Of a DNA stretch of 64,000 nucleotides, positions 1 to 14,105 are shown piece after piece. The translations under genes and the position numbers were made by a program. Source of the DNA: Octopus sinensis (lineage: Eukaryota). The stretch covers positions 54,498,001 through 54,562,000 of the forward strand of contig NC_043004.1 of the NCBI RefSeq assembly GCF_006345805.1. Direction: 5' to 3'. Positions within the stretch are counted from its first letter, which is position 1. Every line of letters starts with the position of its first letter. Below the pieces are notes generated by a model. The model saw only the letters and a list, made by a program, of their open reading frames with translations. It did not search any database and was not told where the DNA came from.

Positions 1-354
1 TTAAGTCGATTACATCGACTCTAGTGCTTAACTGGTACTTAATTTATCGAACCCGAAAGGATGAAAGGCAAAGTCGACCTCGGCGGAATTTGAACTCGGA
101 ACGTAGCGCCAGACGAAATACCTATTTCTTTATTACCCACAAGGGGTTAAACACAGAGGGGACAAACAAGGACAGTCATAGGTATTAAGTCGATTACATC
201 GACCCCAGTGCTCAACTGGTACTTAATTTATCGACCCCGAAAGGATGAAAGGCAAAGTCGACCTCGGCGGAATTTGAACTCGGAACGTAGCGCTAGACGA
301 AATACCGCTAAGCATTTCGCCCGGCGTGCTAACGTTTCTGCCAGCTCGCCGCCT
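1..354 (-). mobile_element. tRNA-derived SINE (family A) with internal tandem partial duplication
   Basis: Reverse complement starts aggcggcgagctggcagaaacgttagcacg (A-box-like), then gagttcaaattcc (B-box-like). The block gtcgactttgcctttcatcctttcggggtcgataaattaagtacc occurs twice. Same family at 20285-20680. Confidence 0.75.
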
Positions 355-1784
355 TTCATACCAACACTGGCTTAACCGACAGACAGTAACAGACTTAGTA
401 AGTTCGAAGTAGTCGAAATAGTGAACTAGCCTGTTATAAGATTACATGGAAGTCCTATTTCTATCTGGAATATCCATCTTGATTGTAACTACCGTGATTC
501 AAATCCCGTCTATATTGTAAATATTCATTAGCTAGCTACAACATGAAGAAGGAAATTCTAATACAAGCCTTCTCCTTGATGTTTCCACCACTCATTTTAA
601 CGTGTTATAGTTACTGGAATAAGTTATCTGTTAGATAACATTTGACAGTAACTAAAACACAGAGAGTGGTATTTATGCTACGCAAGCGTGTCTTACTTTC
701 ATCTCTACGATGTACAGATGCTTTGAAACACCGAAGTTCCTTATGCCTCTCATATCTAGTACTAGCGCAATATATCAGTTTGTTGCTCTCTAAACGTCCT
801 TTGGTGATTTGGGAGCCTACAATCGCATACACTAGTAAACTGTAACTTTATATTAATCTTGTCTTCTTACATATTGGCAGTAATAAGTGTTAGGGGGAAT
901 TCCTTGTGCCCGAGCAGCCTAATTTAAAGAAAACCCTGCTTAATCAAATCACAATAAAGTGACTTGAAAAGTTTTCTCAATCATTAGATGCCCCAGAAAC
1001 TGGTCAGTTTACTGCGAATGATTCTATCTGTTCTCTTCAATGGACCTGCTACTAAAGTACGTGTACTCTACTGGGTGAGGAAAAGAGAAATAAGCTTGAG
1101 CATTCTACTGCTCGAGTTACAACAGAGATCGATTCAGCTGCTATTTCTGTAATATAACGGTCAACCGAAGGAGAACTAATTGAAATCAAATATGTCTAAA
1201 TGAGAAGCGAAATGATGATATTGGTTTGCGTATACGAAAATCCTAGTTGATTAACTGCATAAGCTACTGTCTACTATGAGTGACTGAATCACAAATTTCT
1301 GCTTACCAAGGCCTATTGAGACATTACGCCCTGTGTATACACCAACTTTTTACTGAACGTTGCAAAACATATTATAGTCACAGAGGTGTGAAGGAAAATT
1401 TAAGCAGAGATTTTATACTCATACTTTTTCCGTTAAGCACAGAAAACACTACAAAATTAGATTATTAATTCTGGAAGTTGAAAGGAAAGACTTTGCACTA
1501 CAATGTTACATGAATAATCAGGAAACTCTCCAGACCCAATTGGAGGCAAAAAAATGCTATCTCTGTACTGCAGAAAAGACACGGTTATACTTCTTTTATA
1601 AAAAGATTTCATAAATAAAGCCTTTATGAAAGCATAAGGTCATAGGTAATCTATCACTCAAATGTATTGAGCAACATTTACTACGGAAGTGGTAGACAAC
1701 ACCTTAAACAGAATGGAATAACATACAAGGTGGCCAAAAAGTAGGTTTACAGTTATTCAACTATTTCTTCATATATTAACAGAC

Positions 1785-1943
1785 GCAGGAGTGGCTGTGT
1801 GGTAAGTAGGTTGCTTACCAACTACATGATACTGGGTTCAGTTCCACTGTGTGGTACCTTGGGCAAGTGTCTTCTACTATAGTCTCAGGCCGACCAAAGC
1901 CTTGTGAGTGGATTTGGTAGACGGAAACTGAAAGAAGCACGTC

Positions 1944-1978
<35 letters not shown>

Positions 1979-2155
1979 GTCTGTCTTTGTCCCCCACTAT
2001 CACTTGACAACCGATGTTTGTGTGTTTACTTCTTCGTAACCTAGCGCTTCAGCAAAATACACCAATAGAATAAGTACTAGGCATACAAAGAATGAGTTCT
2101 GGGGTCGATTTCTTTGATTAAAGGCGACGCTCCAGCATGGACGCATTCAAATGAC
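1785..2155 (+). mobile_element. tRNA-derived SINE (family B, CORE-like centre)
   Basis: Head ggagtggctgtgtggtaag...ggttcagttccac, CORE-like accttgggcaagtgtctt, internal (TG)n. Near-identical copies at 21646, 22046 and 23296. Confidence 0.75.
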
Positions 2156-2838
2156 GCACATGCACGCAATCATCCATACATATTCACACAAATTATGTGA
2201 ATTTAGCTAAGCGCACCAGCCAGGATGTAAATCACACAACATCCATGTTTATACGTTGTAATAATATACGAGCAATAACAACCAAACCTCTTTTAAAACT
2301 CTCCTCAACTGCTCTATTAATATAGAGCATTAAAAGAGTTATTGATATAGAACCTTATGATAGACGGAAAGTTCACGGCTGAAATTTATTTGATTATAAG
2401 TTTGTTCCATGACACTTTGCCTGTGCCAAACAGTGCCTCTCAATTACCGCTTGTAAGTTAATCAAAGGCATGTGTTTTTTTTCTTCCATTGTTTGAGACA
2501 GACCACTCAAGTTCGGCACAAATTGATCGAATTCGTTTCACATACACCTGAAATATTATTCGGAAAGTGAAGGTAATATATTTTAATTTGCTCAATAAGA
2601 GGAAGTTGTACAATTATATTCAGTGAGCAATAGGTTTATATTTTCAAATGTTATACTGAGAGACACAATACATTTAAACCGATATGCACGTAGGAGAATT
2701 AAGAGGCCAATTCCAAAGCTCTAGCTTCGGTATCACTACAGAAAGATAAAACAGACAGACATACAGACAGAAGATAGATAGATTGATAGATAGATGATAG
2801 ATAGATAGACAGAGTTACATATATATAAACACGTATAC

Positions 2839-2869
<31 letters not shown>

Positions 2870-3135
2870 CATAATCAAATAGGGTAATAACATAAATTAT
2901 TATTACCAGTGGCCTAGCACAAAAGAATATATTTGCTAAGGCAAATATCAGTGGGGAGCCTTCTTAATCCTAGACGCACAGACCGTTAGAGCACGTGTAG
3001 ATCTAATGGTTTGTATACCTTAACTTTCCAAACTTCCGCGCAGACGCAAAACATACCCGGCGACTGAGAGCATGCCGGTAAAAAAATTTACGAACAAATC
3101 TATCAAGCAATATGTAAACATAATCAAATAGGGTA

Positions 3136-3199
<64 letters not shown>

Positions 3200-3349
3200 A
3201 TTATATATTATATATATATATATATACATGTGTGTATATATGTATGTATGTAGGTATGTATGTAAGTCAGTATGTATGTATCTAAGTATGTATGTATGTA
3301 ATATATATATATATATATATACACATGTGTGTATATATATGTATGTATG

Positions 3350-3383
<34 letters not shown>

Positions 3384-3914
3384 TGTGTGTGTATACATAT
3401 ATACTCATACATACGTATTCACACACCTCCTCCACAGTGTCCTGAGTGTCCTATCAGAAGCTGTCCTAACTGCACTTTCCAGCTGAATTCCCAAGCGTAA
3501 TCAACTGAGACTATAAATATGCAACCTTCTCGTTCTTGGCGTACTCCTCGGTTACGCGTCGCTTGGATCGGCTAGAAGTGCCTGGCTTGCGATACTTTCC
3601 AGCGACATTCTAATTACACGACCGTATTACTGGTGTTGTGACCTATCAATACGGCGAATCCAGGCTCAACCTGAAGAAATTATTTAAGTGAACTTCGCGT
3701 TCGGTCGAGTATTGTTGCATCAGAGATCCTTCAGAAGAACTCCGTTTCGGCCACTTCAGTGTGTGATCGTACCCTTTCGGCCATCTGTGAATATTCATGA
3801 ACGTGGATAAAGATAGGCTTCTCTTCTGAAGATCGAATACTGGAGCCGGCGTATTAATGTGCATTACTGTGCCACCGTCTGCAATATTAACATCTATTTC
3901 AGCCTCCCTGCTTC

Positions 3915-3985
<71 letters not shown>

Positions 3986-4045
3986 AATGCTCTATAAATA
4001 CGGCGAGTTTACCTATATTTATATATATATATATATTTATTTATT

Positions 4046-4571
4046 TTATAGAAGGAGCTTCTACAGGACTAGAACTGTTTCATTCAGATGAAATCTTCAG
4101 GAAGCTGGCTGTCAAAATAATGTCAGGTATTTATACATTTAGGCAGATTTAATGGGGTGGTGGTAGGGGACGTTTTGGGGGTAAGTTGGTATTTAGGAGA
4201 TAAACAGGGCACAAGCTATTGTTCTTAGGGGAGTGGTCAAAAGGCCAGAGAGTTTTTTGAAATGAGAAGAATCAGTGAGAAAGTAAATAAATGAATAAAT
4301 AGAATAATTTAATAGAATCAGATATATGGGATGGGGTTTAGGTAAATTAGGAGACAATTGCTTTTTGGTGGTCAAGAGGAGGTAGTCAATTTGTTATTGT
4401 TAAGTGGAGGGAAGAAATAGATAAATATACATGAAAAAACATATAAAATAAATATACATACAAACACATATATTTATATGTGTGCATACACATGCGAATA
4501 TACATATATATACATACATACGTACATGTATATACATACAAACACATACATACATATATACAAATATACAT

Positions 4572-4628
<57 letters not shown>

Positions 4629-4801
4629 CATATACATACATACACCTACATACACGCACACACACGCACATATATATATACATATATATATATTTATTAT
4701 ATATATTTTTTTCTTCTTCTCATCTTCCTCCCTTATTTTTATTTTTATTTTTATTTTCCCTTTTCTCTTTTTGTCTCTCTCCCCTTCTCCAAACACACAG
4801 A

Positions 4802-4846
<45 letters not shown>

Positions 4847-5175
4847 ACGGTCACACAGAGACACACACACACACCTCCACAAAGCAATCATACCAAGTAG
4901 AAGAGTTCTTAAACCCCAAATGGCATTTGACCATCCTCAAAATCATAAAAGGTGTAATTTATGGCCTGCCTACCCACCAACACACACTCAGTGACACTAG
5001 AATAGACAAAAGCTAAAATTCTTAGAACTCCCTTGGGGGTCCAGCAGGCCAAAGGAAATCCTTCTTCTACTCCCCTCTCCCTTCCCCTCTTTCTCTTTAG
5101 CCTCAGATACAAACGCACACACACTCACACACGCACACACTCACACACACACTCATACACATACACACATGTTCT
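4046..5175 (-). mobile_element. ORF-less PLE-like terminus, left arm of an inverted pair
   Basis: Reverse complement of ~6560-7630. Carries a hammerhead near its 3' end, which abuts (TA)n. PLE origin is inferred from the HHR plus (TA)n context. Confidence 0.6.
4056..4106 (-). ncRNA. Type I hammerhead ribozyme (family F1)
   Basis: Minus strand reads agcttc CTGAAGA t-ttc-atct-gaa-t GAAA cag-ttctagtc-ctg TA gaagct: 6-bp stem I, intact core, 3-bp stem III plus A-U, UA cleavage site. Confidence 0.8.
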
Positions 5176-5329
5176 CTCTCTCGGAACACTCCCCAACCTG
5201 TATGCACAAAATCTATGCAAACTACAAAAATTACAGACCCACCCGGCAACCCGATTGACGACACCCCACCCCAAAAAAACCCAACCCCCACCGTTCCTTC
5301 ATCACCCCCAATTACCTTCTCTCCTAAGA

Positions 5330-6193
5330 CTATATACATATATATGGATGTGTGCATGTGTATGTGTGCACATATATGTATATGAGTTCATATATGTATA
5401 TGTATTTGTATGTGTGCATATGTATATGTACATATGTATGTGTATGCGTGTATACGTGTGTAGGTGTATATGTGTGCATGTTTGTATATGTATATATATA
5501 TGTATATATATATATATGTATATATATGTATGTATATATGCATATGTTTGTATGTGTGGGTATGTATTTATGTATGTGTGTACACGTGTATATATTTATA
5601 TGTATGTATATACATATGTATATGTTTATGTATGTATATATATATATGTGCATGTGTGTATTTATATGTGTGTATGTATGTATGTATATGTGTATATGTA
5701 TATATATATGCATGTATGTATTTATGTATATATATATATATGTGTGTGTGTGTGTATGTGTATGTATGTATGTGTATATGCATGTATATATTTATGTATG
5801 TGTATGTGTATTTATATATACATAAGTTTATTATATATATGGACTTGTAGATTTTTGTATGGGTATATATATATGTGTATGTGTGTAGATATGTGTATGT
5901 AGGTACGTGTATGTATGTGCATATATTTATATGTGTGTATGTATGTATATGCATGTATGCATTTATGTATGCATATATGTATTTGTATGCGTACATATGC
6001 TTATATATGCGTATGTATATTTATATGCACATATGTTTTTATATGTGCATATGCGTTTATATGTGCGTGCATATATTTATGTGTGTGTTTATGTGTACAG
6101 AAGTATATTTATATATGTGTTTATATATGCATAATTATGTATATGTTTATATGAAAGTGGGTATATTTATGTATGTATGCATATGTGTATTTG

Positions 6194-6232
<39 letters not shown>

Positions 6233-6280
6233 CGATATATAGGTATGTATGTATGTATATATATATATATATATGTATTG
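5330..6280. repeat. Compound (TA/TG/TATG)n microsatellite
   Basis: Direct reading. Source of the spurious Y/I/V/C/M-rich ORFs. Confidence 0.95.
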
Positions 6281-6559
6281 GAAGGTTTGGAGATAATGCA
6301 CAGGTATTATATATTAGAAGAAATGAGGTAATCAGAAGATCGGATGGTTCATATTTACAGGTATTCATTTATATATTACAATTTTTACATATATATATCA
6401 TATCATTCATATCAGATCATTCAGATCCTCCCACTCTAGTGGGGTTTTCAAATCAAAATAATTCCTTTGTGTGGAATTTTAATCATTTTATAGAGTTTCA
6501 TAGTGGTGGGGAGGAACAAGACAGCACAAGAGGGTGAAGTGGATGAGGAGGAAATGAGA

Positions 6560-7726
6560 GAGAGAACATGTGTGTATGTGTATGGGTGTGTGTGTGTGAG
6601 TGTGCGTGTGCGTTTGTATCTGAGGCTAAAGAGAAAGAGGGGAAGGGAGAGGGGAGTAGAAGAAGGATTTCCTTTGGCCTGCTGGACCCCCAAGGGAGTT
6701 CTAAGAATTTTAGCTTTTGTCTATTCTTGTGTCACTGAGTGTGTTGGTGGGTAGGCAGGCCATAAATTACACCTTTTATGATTTTGAGGATGGTCAAATG
6801 CCATTTGGGGTTTAAGAACTCTTCTACTTTGTAAGATTGTTTTGTGGAGGTGTGTGTGTGTGTCTCTGTGTGTCCGTGTGTGTGTGTGCGTGTGTTTGTG
6901 TGTCTCTGTGTGTTTGGAGAAGGGGAGAGAGACAAAAAGAGAAAAGGGAAAATAAAAATAAAAATAAGGGAGGAAGATGAGAAGAAAAAATATATATATA
7001 TATATATTTATATATATAAATATATATATATATGTATATATATATGTGCGTGTGTGTGCGTGTATGTAGGTGTATGTATGTATATGTATATGTATGTATA
7101 TATATATATATGTGTGTGTGTATGTATATTTGTATATATGTATGTATGTGTTTGTATGTATATACATGTGCGTATGTATGTATATATATGTATATTCGCA
7201 TGTGTATGTATGTGTGTTTGTATGTATATTTATTTTATATGTTTTTTCATGTATATTTATCTATTTCTTCCCTCCACTTAACAATAACAATCTGACTACC
7301 TCCTCTTGACCACCAAAAAGCAATTGTCTCCTAATTTACCTAAACCCCATCCCATATATCTGATTCTATTAAATTATTCTATTTTTATATTACTTTATTT
7401 TTCTTATTTATTCATTACTGATTCTTCAAACTCTCTGGTACCAACCACTCCTAAGAACAATAGCTTGTGCCCTGTTTATCTCTAATCTCCACAATAACCC
7501 CAACTCCCCAAAGTCCCTACCACCACCCATTAAATCTGCCTAAATGTATAAATACCAGACCTTATTTTGACAGCCAGCTTCCTGAAGATTTCATCTGAAT
7601 GAAACATTTCTAGTCCTGTAGAAGCTCCTTCATAAAATAAATTAAAACTATTGCTACTGTATTGACGTACCTTATATTGAGTACCTTCTGTTCTGTGGTT
7701 AACCCCGACTCAACCCGGGACCCTAC
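6560..7726 (+). mobile_element. ORF-less PLE-like terminus, right arm of an inverted pair
   Basis: Mirror of 4046-5175, extended ~100 bp to ...caacccgggaccctac and then (TA)n. The same terminus recurs inverted at 60639-60715. Confidence 0.6.
7576..7626 (+). ncRNA. Type I hammerhead ribozyme (family F1)
   Basis: agcttc CTGAAGA tttcatctgaat GAAA catttctagtcctg TA gaagct. One stem III mismatch relative to the 4056 copy. Confidence 0.75.
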
Positions 7727-7763
<37 letters not shown>

Positions 7764-7781
7764 TACCACACCACACATATA

Positions 7782-7847
<66 letters not shown>

Positions 7848-7868
7848 GCATATATATATATATATATA

Positions 7869-9078
7869 GTAAGGAAAATTTTTTATAAAAATGCAGAATG
7901 CCAAATGAAAGAAAATTTTAATAAAATGAGAATTGATAAAATATATAAATATATATTTATTCAATCGGTTTTCGTCATTGTATGACTTGTCAAGAATATT
8001 TATGTTTTAAAAAGTTTTTTTTTTAATTAGAAAGGGGAAAAAAGAAAATTGCATTGTTTTTTGTAAAAGAATAATGATAGAAATGTACAAAAATTAAAAA
8101 ATAAGTTCTCCGATACATTGTGAGTTCGTTGTGTCTCTTGAGTTTTATGGTTGTTTACGAAAAAAATTACCTTGAGGTGTTAAGATCCCAAGGGATTAAG
8201 AGCAGTGTTGTGTTGTTAATTCAGCATGTTTGCAGGACAGGAAGTAGTAGTAATTGTGGTCCTGGTTCTTCAGTTCCTGTGTTGTGAGTAAGGGGAGACA
8301 ACTCTTTTGAGTTCTTCAATAAAACCCAAATTATAAAATTATCATTTTAGCTTCATTTGCGTTATCTTTTTTATATAATTGCTTGTTAACTTAACTTTCA
8401 GATTTTAAACACTTTATTTATATTATTTTCTAATTATATAAATCTGCATAGACAATTGCATTTCAAATTGTCATATCATTTATAATAAAAATGATAGTAA
8501 TAACAACAATAGTAAAAATGATATTTAAAGAATATAAGTTTTAGCGCTTGAAGTGATGAATGCATGGTATCTTTATATATTTGTGTTAGTCCATCCATGA
8601 AGAGTGAGGTAGAGAAAGGAAGTTTGATCAACGAGGAGTTTGCATATTAAGTTGTGTTTGGAATTTTTCAATAAAGAGATTCTCCTTGTTAATTCTCTCC
8701 TGTGTGGTGATCCCGTCTTTTACATTGGTAGAAGGGGAATATATAGAATTTGGGGTTTAAGTCTTTAGCACATGAGTCTAAGTGGTCACTCAGTGGAATT
8801 TTGTCGGTATTCCGGGAGATTTATTTGTTCTTTATGCACCGTTACTCGTTTACGTAACGGGAGAACTCGTTTGTCCAACATAATTATGTTGGCAACCAGC
8901 GCATGTGAGAACGTAGATAAGGTTCTCGGAGGAAACAGGAGAAGTTAGTCTTGATTTTAAACTTCGTACCTTGTTTGAAGGTAAATTCAGAGCCTTCAAG
9001 TAGAAAGGGGCAGGTACCACAGTTTGAGCGTGCACATTTTTTTACTGTTGGGGGTGGATGTGGTGTGTGAAGTTTGGC
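7869..9078 (-). mobile_element. Inverted copy of the 3' part of the adjacent PLE (GIY-YIG end plus 3' pLTR)
   Basis: Reverse complement of ~12992-14195. Minus-strand peptide SENLIYVLTCAGCQHNYVGQT. Confidence 0.9.
7958..7998 (-). ncRNA. Candidate variant hammerhead (family F2, U3-A8)
   Basis: Minus strand reads tattc TTGACAA gtca-tacaa-tgac GAAA accga TT gaata. Confidence 0.45.
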
Positions 9079-9454
9079 TAAATGAAGCTAAATGAAGCCA
9101 AATGAAGCTAAAATGATAATTTTATAATTTGGGTTTTATTGAGAACTCAAAAGAGTTGTCTCCCCTTACTCACAACACAGGAACTGAAGAACCCAGGACC
9201 ACAATTACTACTACTTCCTGTCCTGCAAACATGCTGAATTTAACAACACCCACATGCTCTTAATCCTTGGGATCTTAACACCTCAAGGTAATTTTTCGTA
9301 AACAACCATAAAACTCAAGATACACAACGAACTCACAATGTATCGGAGAACTTATTTTTAATTTTTGTACATTTTTATCATTATTCTTTTACAAAAAACA
9401 ATGCAATTTTCTTTTTTCCCCTTTCTAATTTTTAAAAAAACTTTTTAAACAAAA

Positions 9455-9495
9455 TATTCTTGACAAGTCATACAATGACGAAAACCGGTTGAATA
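9455..9495 (+). ncRNA. Candidate variant hammerhead (F2, U3-A8) in the 5' pLTR
   Basis: tattc TTGACAA gtca-tacaa-tgac GAAA accgg TT gaata. Confidence 0.5.
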
Positions 9496-9665
9496 AATAT
9501 ATTTTATATATTTTATCAATTTCTCATTTTATTAAATTTTTCTTTCATTTGAGCATTCTGCATTTTTAAAAAAAATTTTCCCTACTACTTATCATTTCTC
9601 CACGTGCGGTCAACACAACCCCACCATTTATTGATCTGTACCCTCTACCACACGTGTGATTCAGA

Positions 9666-12600
9666 ATGCCTCCGAAAAACAAGAGCACTCTTACAGAGAC
9701 AGTCACCAATAAGTCCATTCTAAAAGAATCAAAGTACTCAATACACATCTACTTACATTCTCCAAAAATTGACGAACTTCTCCATCAATCCCGGGACAAC
9801 TCAGAAAACAACCATCATCAACAACTTTCGGATAAATTGATGTAAACCTAAACGAAATCACACTACACTGAAAACTCTACTTTCGGATAAGATAGATGTA
9901 AACCTAAATGAAATCAACACTACACTGAAAACTCTACTTACCAATTCAAAATTCAACGCAAGAGACCTCAGACACCACTCAACACACAGAAGGAACACAC
10001 TTCAACCCCAGCACACGCATTAAAAAAAACAGATCATCACTACTTGGACTAAGAAACTACACAACAGAAAACTTCTCTTCTGGAACATGCTCAAAACCAA
10101 AACAAAGCTGAAATTTACGACAAATGGTTAAACTCCTCCCCTATCATACCTACCCCGAAAATTCCAAATCAAACACATCCCAGACGAACCTGAAAAACAA
10201 CGCTCCCTAAGAGAAAAACTAACATTGGAAAAAATGAAAACCGAAGTAGAACTTCTAAAACTCAGAGCACAAAACCACGAACAAAAATACACAAAAATAG
10301 ACGATGAGATACTTCTAGAACTAACCTCACACACCAACGAACAGCCCCTCGAACTTGTTATTAAACTATGGAAAGATGAATGTGAAAGGAAGAACGAACC
10401 TCCTTAAAACGCTGGGAAAACAACAAAGATTTCTTCCTCAACTATGAAACACAATTCATATTAAACCATAACTCAAAACCTATTCATAAAAGTACCCACA
10501 ACACAGACAGACTTCCACTGTACCCATAAACACCATTCCAAACCGCACCTCAAAAACATACTCTCCAAACCCCCTCCTAACAGGACACAACCTCCCCCAA
10601 CCATATAAAAAACCTTCCCCCCCCCCGAAACATCTCAAACAAGACCCACACACAAACCCTGGTTTTCCAATCACTCTAACACCCCCCCTCCCCCACCGAT
10701 TAGAACCTTCAAGAACCTCCCATACACTAGAAATCCCCCATCAAGGCTCCCCTCCCTCCCCTCCCTCACACTAATACAAACAAGGCATCCTACCCACACC
10801 GATACATATAATACCCACCCAACGAACCCCTATAGTCCACCCATCCAAACAACCACATTCCTCCCACCACATCTCCTACAGATCTCCAAACCCTCACATC
10901 CCACACGAACCCAATCACCACAACTACATACCCCCCTATATCATCCCCCCATACAATCTACCAGACACACACCCACAAACCCATCGCATTTCTCACAAAT
11001 CCTTACACCATCGCATCCCATACCAACACAAAACGACAACTACCTACCCCCCTCCAACCTCCCACCCAAAAACACTCCTACACATACAACCAGAACTTTA
11101 ACAAAGAATACACTCCTTACCTCAACAACCATTTTTTAGACAGAGGGGAAAAATACAAACACCACCGCTAACACAGACCCAAAATAAGAAACAAAATTAT
11201 AAACCTCTCCAGCAAAACACTGACACCAACCCAAATCAACATCCTAGCAAGAGGTTTTGAAATTCACACACACCCACCCAAGAACACCCACCCCCCGGAG
11301 GTCAAGGATGACGTTTCTGAATTCTGCAGAAAACTTCGCCTAACGGAAGCTTTGACAGATATCAACAATGGGGACGATTCATTGATCAGAAATAAAAGCA
11401 ACTTCCTACCACCAAAAGGGAGAAATAAAACACTGGACGATTTCTGCAAACACATCCAGAGTCTCCCCTTTACCCCAAGCAAAACCAAGGTAAAATCCAA
11501 TTTCAGTAAGGAAGAATGGGAAAACCTACGTGACATACAACTGGATAAAAACCTCACCATCAAAGAAGCGGACAAGGGAGTGCTGTGGTCCTTATGGACA
11601 CGGAATTTTATAAACACCTAGTGTTTTCCATGCTTAACAATAACATTTTCTATGAGGTTATTACAACTACAAACAGCAAAAAACAATCAGAAACCTCACC
11701 ACACTCATACGCCAACACGGTCAGGGACTCACAGAAAAAGAAAGGGATTATATCACCATTTTCAAATGCAAGCCCAGCCTTTTTTATGGCCTTCCTAAAA
11801 TCCATAAAAGCAAATACATCACCGAAGCCTGCAAACTCTCCACTGACATCCACATCAACATCAAAGCACCGGAGGACCTAAAACTAAGGCCCATCGTGGC
11901 TGGTACCTCCCTGTGAAACACACCGCCTGAGTAACTTCCTAGACATCCTTTTGAAACCTTTCCTTACCCACATCAAAAGTTTCATTAGGGATGATCTGGA
12001 CATGCTCAAACACCTCCCGAAAACAGTTAACGAGGAAGCACTCCTGGTATCTTGATGTCATCAACCTTACACCAACATTCCACATGAGTATGGTATAGAG
12101 GCAATTGACTTCTGGCTAGAAAAACACCCAGAGACATTCCCTGACCGCATTAACAAGTCTTTTGTTACAGAATCTCTCAAGTTCATTCTGACAAACAATT
12201 TTTTTCTCTTCGACGACACACACTACCGTCAAAAATGTGGCATTGCGATGGGTACCAAGGCTGCACCAGTCCTTGCGAACCTCATAATGGGTCACTTCGA
12301 ACTGTCACTCTATGAAATATCAAGCCAGAAATTTGGACATCTTTTCCACACCTACCTAATGGAAAACTGGAAAAGGTACTTAGATGATTGTTTCATCATA
12401 TGAAAAGAACCTTATGAAAAACTCCTGGAATTCAAAACCATACTAAACAACATACATCCCAACATCCAATTCACTATGGAATTAAGCAAACATCATCTCC
12501 CATTCCTTGATCTCCTAATTATAAAAATACCTAAGAACGAAATCATAACAGACATCTACCACAAACCTACAGACTCACAACAATACCTCCTCTTTAGTTC

Positions 12601-13435
12601 ATGCCACCCAAAACACACCAAGACAAATATCCCTTTCAATTTAGCTAAAAGGGTATGCACCATTGTCTCGGATCCAAAAACACGAGAAATACGCTTCAAG
12701 ACCTCAAAAAAAACTATTACAACGTCAATATCCCTCCACCCTTATAGAGTATGGATAAAACGCGCCAAAGAACTAGACAACATACACTGAAAACGACCCA
12801 ACCTAACACCACACACAACCTCAAAATATTCCATACATTTCCACCCACAACCCCAAAAATATCGAAGCATACACACAATCATACAAAACCTCAGTCTACT
12901 GTCAACAGACCCAAAAATGAAAAATATTTAAAACACACAAAATCTCAAATGCAAAAGGCAACACAAATCTTAAAAAAAACTCTTGACAAATGCCAAACTT
13001 CACACACCACATCCACCCCAACAGTAAAAAAATGTGCACGCTCAAACTGTGGTACCTGCCCCTTTCTACTTGAAGGCTCTGAATTTACCTCAAACAAGGT
13101 ACGAAGTTTAAAATCAAGACTAACTTCTCCTGTTCCTCCGAGAACCTTATCTACGTTCTCACATGCGCTGGTTGCCAACATAATTATGTTGGACAAACGA
13201 GTCTCCCGTTACGTAAACGAGTAACGGTGCATAAAGAACAAATAAATCTCCCGGAATACCAACAAATTCCACTGAGTGACCACTTAGACTCATGTGCTAA
13301 AGACTTAAACCCCAAATTCTATATATCCCCTTCTACCAATGTAAAGACGGGATCACCACACAGGAGAGAATTAACAAGGAGAATCTCTTTATTGAAAAAT
13401 TCCAAACACAACTTAATATGCAAACTCCTCGTTGA
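9666..13435 (+). pseudogene. PLE polyprotein (long N-terminal region, RT, GIY-YIG endonuclease), frameshifted as given
   Basis: Starts MPPKNKSTLTE... and ends ...FIEKFQTQLNMQTPR*. Conserved motifs are split across frames, often at homopolymer runs. Confidence 0.8.
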
Positions 13436-14064
13436 TCAAACTTCCTTTCTCTACCTCACTCTTCATGGATGGACTAACACAAATATATAAAGATACCATG
13501 CATTCATCACTTCAAGCTAAAACTTATATTCTTTAAATATCATTTTACTATGGTTGTTATTACTATCATTTTTATTATAAATGATATGACAATTTGAAAT
13601 GCAATTGTCTATGCAGATTTATATAATTAGAAAATAATATAAATAAAGTGTTAAAATCTGAAAGTTAAGTTAACAAGCAATTATATAAAAAAGATAACGC
13701 AAATGAAGCTAAAATGATAATTTTATAATTTGGGTTTTATTGAAGAACTCAAAAGAGTTGTCTCCCTTACTCACAACACAGGAACTGAAGAACCAGGACC
13801 ACAATTACTACTACTTCCTGTCCTGCAAACATGCTGAATTTAACAACACAACACATGCTCTTAATCCCTTGGGATCTTAACACCTCAAGGTAATTTTTTC
13901 GTAAACAACCATAAAACTCAAGATACACAACGAACTCACAATGTATCGGAGAACTTTTTTTTAATTTTTGTACATTTTTATCATTATTCTTTTACAAACA
14001 AAAAACAATGCAATTTTCTTTTTTTCCCCTTTCTAATTTAAAAAAAAACTTTTAAAAACATAAA

Positions 14065-14105
14065 TATTCTTGACAAGTCATACAATGACGAAAACCGGTT
14101 GAATA
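14065..14105 (+). ncRNA. Candidate variant hammerhead (F2, U3-A8) in the 3' pLTR
   Basis: Identical motif to 9455-9495. Confidence 0.5.

Noticed and set aside
13783-13835. CTGAAGA...gtcct GCAAA in the Neptune-type pLTR as a canonical HHR
   Set aside because: GCAAA instead of GAAA, stem II out of register, and no stem I or NUH site.
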